This document shows positions 47,530-56,789 of a DNA stretch of 64,000 nucleotides, one piece after another (position 1 is the first letter of the stretch; each line of letters starts with the position of its first letter). The stretch comes from Enterococcus phage nattely. The stretch is from sequence record MT119360.1; one strand, 5' to 3'. The translations under genes and the position numbers were made by a program. The notes under the pieces were generated by a model that had not been told where the DNA came from, did no database searches, and saw only the letters and a program-made list of their open reading frames with translations.

Positions 47530-50500
47530 TATCCTAAGTCACCTCTTTCTTGTCTGTTAATTTCTTCAGCTAATTTTTCACCAAAAGTTTGAACGTCCAT
47601 ATCGTTGTAGATATAAACATTATCGACAGCAACTGTTACAGCTCTTGTTCCAACTGCATTTTGTGTCGCAACTTGTGGAGTTGCTGTTGCTATACTTCTA
47701 CCTTTGTTACTAATTGAGCCAAAAGTATTCATTGTGCTATTAACACCATTACCAATCGCAGAAGACGCTTTTTGAATTGCGTTAATGCTGCTAGCGATCA
47801 TTCCACCAAATCCATTTGTAGCTTTCATAGTTGCTGCTTCATAAGGATTAGTATCATGTGTTATACTAATTGTTCCTTCGCTCTTGAATGGATTAAATTT
47901 ATCGATAATGTGTCCAGCTCTATCCCAAGCAGACTGAATCTTATTAACAATACTATCAAATACTCGTGAAACAGTGTTCCATAAAGATTCGAAAGTACCT
48001 TTAATAGATTCGATTGTACCACTTAACGAACTAATAACACCTCTAATACCACCAATTGCTCCATCAATAATGCCTCTAATACCGTTCCAAACATTTGAAG
48101 TTACATTTCGAATACCATTCCAAATATTTTCAACAGTGTTTTTCACACCATTAAAAACGTTCGAAGCTGTATTTTTAATGCCGTTCCAAATTCCAGAAAG
48201 TGTGTTTTTAATACCGTTCCAAATATTAGAAGATACATTTTTAACGTTGTTCCAAATGTTAGAAATTGTTTGCGAAATACTGTTAAATATATTTGAAGCT
48301 GCATTTTTAATACTTTCCCAAATAGGTTGTAACGTATTTTTAATTGCATTCCAAACATTTGAACTAACTTCTTTTATTTTGTTCCACGCATCTGTGATAA
48401 CTTTTTTAACATTATTGAAAACATCGGACGCTGTTTTCTTAATTGAGTTCCAAATGTTGCTCAAAGTTGCTTTTAATCCATTCCAAATCTCTTCGGTCCG
48501 CGATTTTGTTGACTCCCATAATCCGGAAAAGAACTCTTTAATCGGTTCCCAAATGGCTTTAGCAGTTTCTTTAATTGTGTTCCAAACAGTTGATAGAACA
48601 TAACCAATATCAGTCCATGCTTGATTCCATTTTTCTGTTATTGTATCCCAAATATTTCCTAAGAATTCTTTAATTGGTGTCCAAATTTCATTAACTTTTT
48701 CTTTAAATCCGTCCCAGACAGCACCAACAGTCTCTTTGATTGTATTCCAAACATTTGTCCATGTTTCTACAATACCATCCCAGACCTTCATTACAGTCTC
48801 ACCAATAGCGTCCCAAATTTTCTCGGCCGCCGCTTTTAGTCCTTCCCATAAGAGAATGATTGCCGTAATAGCGACTTGAAGTGGTAAAGTGATAATTTGC
48901 CATAATGCATTCCAAATTTTATGGATTGTTTCTTTAAAACCTTCCCAAAAATCTGCAGCTTTATCTTTAAAACCTTCCCAGATTCCTGTTACTTTTTCAA
49001 TTACTCCATTCCATAAATTAGAAAACCATTCACTAAAACCGTCCCAAACCTTCTTGATCGGCTCAGTCATTTTACCCCAAACTTCTGCCGCTTTTTCTTT
49101 GATTTTTTCCCAAGATTTTACTAAACCTTCAGAAATTTCAGACCATTTTTTACTGAACCAATCTCCCAGTCCGTCCCAGGCTTTTTTGATCGCCTCTCCG
49201 GCTTGTTCGAATTTTTCTCCAGCCCAGTCTTTAATTTTATCCCATGTTTGGCCTAACCATTTTGTGAATTTATCCCATGTTTTTTGCACCCATTTAACAG
49301 TATCGTCCCAATTTAAAATTGCTACAATAACTGCACCAACTGCCGTGACGATGCCGGCTATAATTGCAATTAATGGTGCTAATCCAATCCCTAGCGCTGT
49401 TGCTGCCATACTTAATGCTCCAAATACGGCGACGGCACCGGCAATCAAGGCGGCTAAAGGGGCAATAACTGTGATTGCAATACCAATAGATGTTATAAAT
49501 TTCTTCATACCTGGACTTAATTTATCAAAACGATCTCCAAGAGATTTTAAATTTTTTACGAGTGGTAGTAAAGCTTCAGCTAAAGCCTCGCCAATCGGTG
49601 CAAGACTAGTTTTCATGTCATTAAAAGAACCTTTAAGTTCGTCAATACTTGAAACTGAATCTTTTTTCATTTTTTCAGCTGCGCCACCGGTGTCTTCAAA
49701 CATTGTTTTAACACCTTCTCCGCTAAGAGCGGTTTGACTAAGTGCTTCTAATACGCCAACACCAGCATCTTCACCCATTGTTCCGAAAATCTGACTTGCT
49801 TTTGCTAATTTATTTGTTTTTCCTTCGGTGGCCATAATTTCTCCACCTAAAACACGGAATAAATCTAACACTGAAGATGATCCATCTTTATAGGATTGGA
49901 ATGCTTTTTGTGAAGTTTGGTCCATATTTTCCATTGCTTTTTCTAATGTTCCATCACTTGCACGAATTTGAAATTCTTTCATAAGGTCATTCATTTTGTC
50001 CAAATTATATCCGCCAGCATCTAAACCAGCTTTTAGAATTTGGAACATATCTTCAGCGGAAACACCCATGTCGTGGAACAATGGTGCGTATTCAGCTAAG
50101 TTATCGCCTAACTCATGGGTTTTATCCATACCATTTTGAGCACCGACAGTGATCATGTCCATTGCCTCTTCTGCAGTTAACCCATAACTTACCATTAATG
50201 CATTTGCACCACGCATGGTTTCGTCCATATCCATGCCAAATACTTTTTCTAACGATGCTGCTTGACCAGTAATTTTTTCTAAGTCTTGGTTATTTAATCC
50301 TTGTAAATTTGATTTAACAATCCGAATTGCTTCAGTTGCCTCTTCCATTGAAGGAGAAAAACCATCTCTAGCTAAATTACGCGCGATTTCTTGTAATTTT
50401 TTTGCTTCTTCGCTAGTTAACCCAAATGCGGCTTGTAATTTTCTTTGACTACCTTCAACTTGGCCTTGTGCTTCTAAAGCTGCTCCACCAAGTTCTTTCA

Positions 50501-51347
50501 ATTTATCCGCCATTTGACCGATTTTATCCGCAATTTCAAGTCCAACTAAAGCTTTCCCAGCTTTAGCTAATCCTTCCATTGAGCTACTTGCACTACTTGA
50601 AGGTTTTTCTAATCCATCCATAGCATTTGCGGTTTCTTTAATCGTTCCTGCAGTGCCGTTCATTTCTGCTTGTAATGCGTTAATTTTATTTTTTAATTCA
50701 GTAGCTGCATTGCTTGATTTACCACTTGCTTGAACTTCTTCAGCATAAGCGCGTTGTAATTTTTGCAATTTTTCATATTGTGCTCCGTAAATATTTTTCA
50801 GAGCATTCATTTTGTTTCCTAATGTATCATTATTGTTACCAAATAATTTTACTTCAGAATTTGCTTTTGATAATTCAGATTTATAACTAGCGATTTTTTG
50901 ATCAATTTGTGCTAAATTAGTCGCTAAATCTCTAGTGCCATTACCCGCTTTATCAGCTGCTCCACCAAATTGTTGTAATTCAACTGATGTTTTATTAAGT
51001 TCACCTTTATTACGAGCAATTTGTGCAGCCAACTGATTCATTTGTTTTTCTAAAAACATTGCTTGTTTAGAAGATTGTCCACTGGCTTTAACCTCTTTTT
51101 CATAGGCTACTTTCAGTGTTTCCATTTGATCTTCTTGTTTATCAATGGTTTTAGTTAAAGCATCATGTTTTGCTTGTAATGTTTCTTGTGATTTTCCGTA
51201 AGCTTTTAATTCAGCGTCGGTTTTCTTCACTTCTGATTGGAAGACTGTTAACTCTGAACGAGTTTTCTTAATGTCGGCTGCCAATTCTGAAGAGGACATA
51301 CCGACTTTAATATCTAAACGTCTTTCATCCGCCATGAGTTTAACCAC
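47529..51347 (-). CDS. tape measure protein
   Basis: 1272 aa; coiled-coil N-terminus; TM-like hydrophobic stretch; roughly 30 tandem 11-aa W-x-x-I-K repeats. Confidence 0.8.
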   Translation of the reverse strand: MVKLMADERRLDIKVGMSSSELAADIKKTRSELTVFQSEVKKTDAELKAYGKSQETLQAKHDALTKTIDKQEDQMETLKVAYEKEVKASGQSSKQAMFLEKQMNQLAAQIARNKGELNKTSVELQQFGGAADKAGNGTRDLATNLAQIDQKIASYKSELSKANSEVKLFGNNNDTLGNKMNALKNIYGAQYEKLQKLQRAYAEEVQASGKSSNAATELKNKINALQAEMNGTAGTIKETANAMDGLEKPSSSASSSMEGLAKAGKALVGLEIADKIGQMADKLKELGGAALEAQGQVEGSQRKLQAAFGLTSEEAKKLQEIARNLARDGFSPSMEEATEAIRIVKSNLQGLNNQDLEKITGQAASLEKVFGMDMDETMRGANALMVSYGLTAEEAMDMITVGAQNGMDKTHELGDNLAEYAPLFHDMGVSAEDMFQILKAGLDAGGYNLDKMNDLMKEFQIRASDGTLEKAMENMDQTSQKAFQSYKDGSSSVLDLFRVLGGEIMATEGKTNKLAKASQIFGTMGEDAGVGVLEALSQTALSGEGVKTMFEDTGGAAEKMKKDSVSSIDELKGSFNDMKTSLAPIGEALAEALLPLVKNLKSLGDRFDKLSPGMKKFITSIGIAITVIAPLAALIAGAVAVFGALSMAATALGIGLAPLIAIIAGIVTAVGAVIVAILNWDDTVKWVQKTWDKFTKWLGQTWDKIKDWAGEKFEQAGEAIKKAWDGLGDWFSKKWSEISEGLVKSWEKIKEKAAEVWGKMTEPIKKVWDGFSEWFSNLWNGVIEKVTGIWEGFKDKAADFWEGFKETIHKIWNALWQIITLPLQVAITAIILLWEGLKAAAEKIWDAIGETVMKVWDGIVETWTNVWNTIKETVGAVWDGFKEKVNEIWTPIKEFLGNIWDTITEKWNQAWTDIGYVLSTVWNTIKETAKAIWEPIKEFFSGLWESTKSRTEEIWNGLKATLSNIWNSIKKTASDVFNNVKKVITDAWNKIKEVSSNVWNAIKNTLQPIWESIKNAASNIFNSISQTISNIWNNVKNVSSNIWNGIKNTLSGIWNGIKNTASNVFNGVKNTVENIWNGIRNVTSNVWNGIRGIIDGAIGGIRGVISSLSGTIESIKGTFESLWNTVSRVFDSIVNKIQSAWDRAGHIIDKFNPFKSEGTISITHDTNPYEAATMKATNGFGGMIASSINAIQKASSAIGNGVNSTMNTFGSISNKGRSIATATPQVATQNAVGTRAVTVAVDNVYIYNDMDVQTFGEKLAEEINRQERGDLG

Positions 51348-51362
51348 CTACCTTTGCTTTAA

Positions 51363-51614
51363 TTAAAAGAAACTTACTTTATCGATTGGTACTAAACCAA
51401 CTGCTTCGGCTTTTCCTTTAGCCAATTTTTTCTTACGTCTTTTAGCTGCTTTTTCGTCTTGCATTGCAACATGAACTTCAGCTAGGTCATTTATTTTCTC
51501 CATAGAGCTATCCCAGAATTCTTCTTCTGTTAACCCGATAACTTTTCGTCCTATATAATATAATTGAGACCAATCAAAAGTTACGGGCTCAGCTGGGTGT
51601 ATTTGTCTTTCCAT
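51363..51614 (-). CDS. tail assembly chaperone, T-like downstream ORF
   Basis: overlaps the upstream chaperone ORF in the +1 frame, directly upstream of TMP. Confidence 0.5.
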   Translation of the reverse strand: MERQIHPAEPVTFDWSQLYYIGRKVIGLTEEEFWDSSMEKINDLAEVHVAMQDEKAAKRRKKKLAKGKAEAVGLVPIDKVSFF

Positions 51615-51921
51615 CAGCTCCTAACAAATCTGTTAGTGCCTCTGATAAGCGTTCTAAATCGTCAATGCCGATAATATCTCCAACTTGTTCAGTTGTGAAA
51701 TTTTTTCCAGGGTTACCAGCATTTAGTGCTGCAGTTGCAATCGCGATCATAGATTCAATTTGTCCGTCTTGAATTTCTTCTAATGCTTTATTAATATCTC
51801 CATATTGTTTTTCTAAAAAATATAATGCGTTTAAGTTAAATTTTAATGTTAAAGTTTGGTCGATTCCTGAAAGATAAATTGATTTTCCTTCATTTTTTAA
51901 ATTGTGTGCTGAGACTACCAT
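51589..51921 (-). CDS. tail assembly chaperone (gpG-like)
   Basis: 110-aa acidic protein between tail tube and TMP. Confidence 0.55.
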   Translation of the reverse strand: MVVSAHNLKNEGKSIYLSGIDQTLTLKFNLNALYFLEKQYGDINKALEEIQDGQIESMIAIATAALNAGNPGKNFTTEQVGDIIGIDDLERLSEALTDLLGADGKTNTPS

Positions 51922-51956
51922 GTTTTATTTCTCCTTTTTCGATTTTATTTAATATC

Positions 51957-51973
51957 TATATTATATATAAGTA
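51957..51973 (-). promoter_or_regulatory. candidate late-promoter motif (minus strand ACTTATATATAATATA)
   Basis: plus-strand 17-mer tatattatatataagta is identical to the one at 62792-62808 upstream of the late operon start. Confidence 0.4.
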
Positions 51974-51999
51974 AGTGAGCACTTTTTTATAAGAATATA

Positions 52000-52035
52000 A
52001 AAAAAAATTAAGGAGAATCGAAAAAGATTCTCCTT
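52000..52035 (-). terminator. rho-independent terminator after the tail tube gene
   Basis: minus strand aaggagaatctttttcgattctcctt hairpin followed by a T8 run. Confidence 0.6.
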
Positions 52036-52043
52036 AAAATTAA

Positions 52044-52685
52044 TTAACCACCAATTGTAGTGGTAGTTGTTGTCGTAGTTGCTTTAGTGGTTGTTGTAGT
52101 TGTCACAGGATCAGTTGTAGTTGCTCCGTAAACTTTCTCGAACCATGCTTTAATAACTTCTTTATCAGCACCTGGTGCATCCTCGTTAACTGAAGCTCTC
52201 CAATCACCATTGAACACAGTTGGTAAAAATGTACCAGTGATAGTTGTAGTTTGGAATGTGATAGAATCTTCCTTAGTTTGGTAAGAATCTTCACCAACAC
52301 CAAATGAACCTTTGTATAATACTACATATTTGTAAGTTCCATTTGATTTTAAAGAACGAAACGCTAATGCAACACGTGGCGCAACTTTGTTTACGTTATC
52401 ATGAACAACGCCTTTTTCGTCAATTTCGATACCCATTAAACGAGCAACGATTTCGTCCTTAATGTCTGCTGTTTCTAATTCAACTTCAATTGAGCTAATT
52501 GTTTGATTAGAAATTAAAGCAATATCGTCCGCATAGAATGCGTCATCAGATGTTGACGGTGAAATTGAAGCACTAACAGCAGGAGCGATCTTAAACGGTG
52601 CTCCATATGCTAAATTCCCTTTTTCGTCATTTTTTAATTCGAATGCATATAAGTCACTCAAACCAATACGTACTGTATCTTCCAT
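52044..52685 (-). CDS. major tail (tube) protein with C-terminal poly-Thr tail ending in IGG
   Basis: 213 aa in the tail-tube position; C-terminus ...GATTTDPVTTTTTTKATTTTTTTTIGG stop. Confidence 0.65.
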   Translation of the reverse strand: MEDTVRIGLSDLYAFELKNDEKGNLAYGAPFKIAPAVSASISPSTSDDAFYADDIALISNQTISSIEVELETADIKDEIVARLMGIEIDEKGVVHDNVNKVAPRVALAFRSLKSNGTYKYVVLYKGSFGVGEDSYQTKEDSITFQTTTITGTFLPTVFNGDWRASVNEDAPGADKEVIKAWFEKVYGATTTDPVTTTTTTKATTTTTTTTIGG

Positions 52686-52710
52686 GTTTGTAACCTGCCT
52701 TTATAATATT

Positions 52711-53088
52711 TTACTCGTGAAACGAGTTGAAGTAATAATTTTTATTGTAATATAAAACTCTATGATAATCATATGGTTGCTGAGTTTCAGCGTATTCTTC
52801 ACCATTTCGATAATCAAAATTGTTTTCTTCTAGAACTTTCCTGATTGTGTGTTCCGCGCTTGTAAATGATGCGCCATTTCTAGCGATAATATCGATTTTT
52901 AATCGATAAGTGACTTGAGCTATCTTGTTCTCAGCCCGTCCAGAAACGTCGTCTTGATAAGGTAGATAAACTGCATAAACAGGCTCATCACCATCCCCAA
53001 TATAATATCCTTTACCTGTGGGAAATGGCAAATCTTTAAAAATATTATGCAATTCTTTATGAATACTGAATTCTGTAGTTTTGTCCAT
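52711..53088 (-). CDS. head-tail connector / tail completion protein
   Basis: position and size (125 aa) in the connector cluster. Confidence 0.4.
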   Translation of the reverse strand: MDKTTEFSIHKELHNIFKDLPFPTGKGYYIGDGDEPVYAVYLPYQDDVSGRAENKIAQVTYRLKIDIIARNGASFTSAEHTIRKVLEENNFDYRNGEEYAETQQPYDYHRVLYYNKNYYFNSFHE

Positions 53089-53091
53089 TTG

Positions 53092-53562
53092 TTATAACCC
53101 CATTGCGGCAAATACTATATCTGAGATAACTTTCGTCGCTTGATCTTGTCCCTTCTCATATGCTGGTTGCATATAAGGTTTTCCAGCGACATAACCAACA
53201 GTTTTGCCTGATTTTGTAACGATAAAGTGACCACCTTCTAAAATGTGACCCCAATAAACTCCATTTCGATATTTACCTCGTCCTAAGTAAGTACCAACTG
53301 AGACATACGGTTGTCCTGTCTCATCCATTTTAACCGGTGAAATATCAATTGCGTCTCTTAAGTGTTTACTGCTATTTCGATTTGAGTATGGCACTCCTGA
53401 AATTGCAAGTTTCTTAAAAACTTTTGCTCCTTCTTTAAGTGCCTTTTTCGCAGATTTTTCACCTTTGTCTCCCATTGTCATTAATTCTTTAAATAATTCT
53501 TCGAAACCTTCAGCTTTTACATAGAAATTTCCATTAGCCATTTTGATCACCTGTAGAAGCAA
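53092..53562 (-). CDS. head-tail connector protein (HK97 gp10-like)
   Basis: position and size (156 aa). Confidence 0.4.
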   Translation of the reverse strand: MLLQVIKMANGNFYVKAEGFEELFKELMTMGDKGEKSAKKALKEGAKVFKKLAISGVPYSNRNSSKHLRDAIDISPVKMDETGQPYVSVGTYLGRGKYRNGVYWGHILEGGHFIVTKSGKTVGYVAGKPYMQPAYEKGQDQATKVISDIVFAAMGL

Positions 53563-53914
53563 TATTTCCTCTACTGTTCTCAGTTGATGCAGTTAAAATA
53601 AGATATTCATTTCTAAAGTTTGGATTAAAAATTCCATTGATTTGATATTCTTTTTTATTATAACGGACCAACATAGCTTTCGTAATTCCTTCACGATAAT
53701 AAATTTTAAAAGTTACTCGTTCAACTGTTACTGTTTCTTTTCCATCATTAATTTCAACAGGCTCTTCTGAATTTTTAATTTGTGCCCAAGGTTTTGCGAA
53801 AGGTACGAATACTTGTTGTTGAAAACCTTCATCATCAGTTACCCACTTAATATTCCCAAGTTCGATTCTTCGATCTAATAATCCACTTTGTGTCATAAGT
53901 AATAACCTCCGCAA
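53534..53914 (-). CDS. head closure protein
   Basis: position and size (126 aa). Confidence 0.4.
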   Translation of the reverse strand: MRRLLLMTQSGLLDRRIELGNIKWVTDDEGFQQQVFVPFAKPWAQIKNSEEPVEINDGKETVTVERVTFKIYYREGITKAMLVRYNKKEYQINGIFNPNFRNEYLILTASTENSRGNIASTGDQNG

Positions 53915-54330
53915 CCTTGATTATTAAAACCAGAATCTGCTAAAGATACTTGCCAATTACGATGCATATCTAAAATTCCTTCAAAAACATAAGGCAATTC
54001 TTGTTTTGAAATATCTTCAGTCAAAACTCCACGATTTTTATACCAATGTTCAGAAATTGCTAATGTTGCAATCGTAATTTCTGACGGAATATCTCCATCA
54101 ACCCACTCATTGAATTTCCATCCAAGATAGGTTTGTACAAATGATTTTGCAGCAGCTAAAATGGTTCCAATAAACCTGTCGTTTTCCGCATCTTCAAAAT
54201 CGATTCTCATATAATTTTTTAAGTCATCGACTGTTAAATCTTGAGGCGATGTTGTAGCTACCAAAACTTCTAACTCATTTTTTTCACTATTCTCCATTTT
54301 TTTACCACCTCCGCTAATATAAAAATACAA
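53893..54330 (-). CDS. head-tail adaptor (gp6-like)
   Basis: position and size (145 aa). Confidence 0.4.
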   Translation of the reverse strand: MYFYISGGGKKMENSEKNELEVLVATTSPQDLTVDDLKNYMRIDFEDAENDRFIGTILAAAKSFVQTYLGWKFNEWVDGDIPSEITIATLAISEHWYKNRGVLTEDISKQELPYVFEGILDMHRNWQVSLADSGFNNQGCGGYYL

Positions 54331-54453
54331 TTTTATTCAATTATTATATGTTTATATTAGCGGATGAGATGACCAGTCTCATCAGCTAACGTTAATGGAT
54401 ATAAGGAAAAATCTCAGCCACAATAAAGTAAGCCTCGATTGTAAAATTTTGTA

Positions 54454-55341
54454 TTATTTTTTAACTTTTTTAATCGCTTGGACGTACTTATATGAGCAAA
54501 AATCTTTAGAAATATGTGAAAAATCATCAAAAAATGGCGTATTTTTAACATATTTTCCTTTAAAAAATAGCTCTTTTCTGTCCTCAGTGACTCCTGCGTT
54601 ATGAAAAATCTTATATTTTTCCCAATTTTCGATTGGATCTGTTGCCCAATTGAAGATAAAATCATCAGAAGTTAACGGTTTATAGTTAAATAGAACCATA
54701 TTCCAGCACTGAGACCACATTTCAGCGGTCCAAGTTTGTAAATTTGTATCAATTGTTGCAAAATAACGCCAGAGTGTATTAGAATCGTGATAAACTTTTT
54801 CCCAGAACTCTTTTTTTGGCTTATTTACTAAAACTTGTGCTCCTAGGTGCAGTCCTAGGTGTTCGTTCAACTGATCTTCTGATATTCCTATAATGTCTAA
54901 CATTTTATTTGCAATCTGAGGACCATTTTCGCAACCTTTTATATAATCTAAAGAAAGATAACCAGAACAATCTGAACCGATCCATTCATTATCTTTTAAT
55001 TGAGGAATATTTGGTATTTCTCTGAAGATAACGTCAGAATCAATATAAAGAAATTGTTCTTTTTCCATTTCTGGATTCTCTTCTAAAAATTTCCACCATA
55101 AATATGGTCGAATAGAAGGGATATATCCTTTATATTCTCTATTATCTTCATATCGATAAATAGAAATGTGAGGATATTTTTGTTTTAACCTTTCAGAAAT
55201 TGAAGGGTCAAAACTAGCAAATAATACATAAATATCTTTAATATTATGCTCTAATAAATTTGTGATTGCAACTTCTAATTCCCATTCGAAACGAACTATT
55301 TCTGGTTGGGCAAATAATACTTTCATTTTTCTAGTTCTCAC
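54454..55341 (-). CDS. GT-A fold glycosyltransferase (DxD motif) inside the structural module
   Basis: 295 aa; YIDSDVIF DxD motif after an N-terminal Rossmann-like region. Confidence 0.55.
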   Translation of the reverse strand: MRTRKMKVLFAQPEIVRFEWELEVAITNLLEHNIKDIYVLFASFDPSISERLKQKYPHISIYRYEDNREYKGYIPSIRPYLWWKFLEENPEMEKEQFLYIDSDVIFREIPNIPQLKDNEWIGSDCSGYLSLDYIKGCENGPQIANKMLDIIGISEDQLNEHLGLHLGAQVLVNKPKKEFWEKVYHDSNTLWRYFATIDTNLQTWTAEMWSQCWNMVLFNYKPLTSDDFIFNWATDPIENWEKYKIFHNAGVTEDRKELFFKGKYVKNTPFFDDFSHISKDFCSYKYVQAIKKVKK

Positions 55342-55449
55342 CTTTCAATTTCTAATTTTTATATATGTAAATTGAAGATGGACGAATTAGCATCCACCTT
55401 CAATAGTGAAAAATTTATGTTTCATACTCAACCTACCAGGACGCCAACA

Positions 55450-55589
55450 CTACCCGCCGGGGGTGACGGTGGTAGTTGTTGTAGTCGTTGGTTTAACCGT
55501 TGTCGTCGTCGTAGTTGTTGAAGTCGACGTCGTTGTTGTGGTTGTCGGTTTGACAGTAGTTGTCGTTGTTGTAGTAGGCTGAGGTGTTA
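55450..55589 (-). CDS. putative -1 frameshift C-terminal extension of the major capsid protein (poly-Thr ending in PGG)
   Basis: the -1 frame after capsid stop TAA (55587-55589) encodes VTPQPTTTTTTVKPTTTTTTSTSTTTTTTVKPTTTTTTTVTPGG with stop at 55450-55452; that frame has no start codon and opens 9 codons before the capsid stop; slippery A-AAG at the stop. Confidence 0.45.
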
Positions 55590-56789
55590 CTTTGCTGTTG
55601 CCACTACTAAAGCGTTAGGATTGTAAACTTCTCCATCCATGTAAGTGTCTAAGATAGATAATTGTCCACCAGCTAAAGCTTGTGTTGTATCTTGTGTTAC
55701 GTTAATCAAGTTCATACCTTTTTTGATCAACATACCATAACCAGCTTGGAAGTTACCAAATACAATTTTATCTGCATTTTCGCCAGTTAAAACATCAGAT
55801 ACGTGTACTGGGCATCCAAATAGAGAATAGCCAGGTTTACCGTCAACTAATCCACGGAAGATTAAGAATGTTCCGTCACCGTCTTTTAATTGCATAACTT
55901 TGTTGAACATTGGACGGCTCATTACCCACATAGAACCTTCTAAATATCCTGGGTTTAAAGTACCATAAATGTTCAATAAGTCTGGCACGTCGATGGCTTT
56001 AGCGACATCAAGAGTTAAAACATTTTTATCGCCAATAACTGGACGGAATGCTTCGTCTTCGTTTTCGCCATCTTTAGGTCCAACTAAGATTCCACGTTCA
56101 ATTGTTTTAGCAACAGAACGAGCTAAGCGACCTTGAGCATAACTAACAATATCAACACCAGAATCGTTGATCAATTGTTGAGTTAATTGAATTGCTGCAC
56201 CAACACGTTTTTGGTTAAGTGTTACTGCTTTCAATTTAGGTTGTAATTTGTTTGCGTCTACAGTTTCACCGATGAAACCTTCGTCAAAGTTACCGTCTTC
56301 ACGAGCGATTTTCAAATTACCAGTTACAGATGTGAATTTACGAGCTGCTTCGAACACAGGTGAAGTTTCGCCTAATAATTCAACAATTTCATTGTGAATT
56401 TGTGTAGGTACTAAAAATTCTCCTAATGGATTTGCGTTGTTCGCAGTTGTATTTTCACTATTTGAGTAAGTAATGTCACGCAATTCTTCCCCTTCGCGAC
56501 GACGTAAAAATTGTTCCATGCCGCGTAATTCGACTTCTTTTGTAATTTCTTTTTCCATCTTTGTTTCTCCTCCGATTGTTTCGACATCTGCATCAGCTAA
56601 TGAACGAACTTCTTTAATTTGTTTGATAGACGCATCTAAATCTGCGACTTCGCTTTTAATTTCTGAAATACGACTTAATTCACTTTCGTCAAAAGCACGA
56701 GTTTCTGCTTCAACTTTATCAGCAACTTCGCTCATTTCTTGAACTAATGCGTTGCGTTTTTCCAACATTGCTTTTAAATTAATTTCCAT
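55587..56789 (-). CDS. major capsid protein (HK97 fold) with N-terminal coiled-coil delta/scaffold-like domain
   Basis: 400 aa directly after the prohead protease gene; N-terminal coiled coil. Confidence 0.75.
   Translation of the reverse strand: MEINLKAMLEKRNALVQEMSEVADKVEAETRAFDESELSRISEIKSEVADLDASIKQIKEVRSLADADVETIGGETKMEKEITKEVELRGMEQFLRRREGEELRDITYSNSENTTANNANPLGEFLVPTQIHNEIVELLGETSPVFEAARKFTSVTGNLKIAREDGNFDEGFIGETVDANKLQPKLKAVTLNQKRVGAAIQLTQQLINDSGVDIVSYAQGRLARSVAKTIERGILVGPKDGENEDEAFRPVIGDKNVLTLDVAKAIDVPDLLNIYGTLNPGYLEGSMWVMSRPMFNKVMQLKDGDGTFLIFRGLVDGKPGYSLFGCPVHVSDVLTGENADKIVFGNFQAGYGMLIKKGMNLINVTQDTTQALAGGQLSILDTYMDGEVYNPNALVVATAK

Noticed and set aside
54370-54400. CUGAUGAG sequence resembling the hammerhead ribozyme core, on the minus strand in the capsid-to-connector intergenic region
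   Set aside because: The GAUGAGA here pairs with UCUCAUC to form a simple 7-bp hairpin. There is no GAAA core segment and no stem III/I arrangement, so it is a regulatory or terminator hairpin, not a ribozyme.
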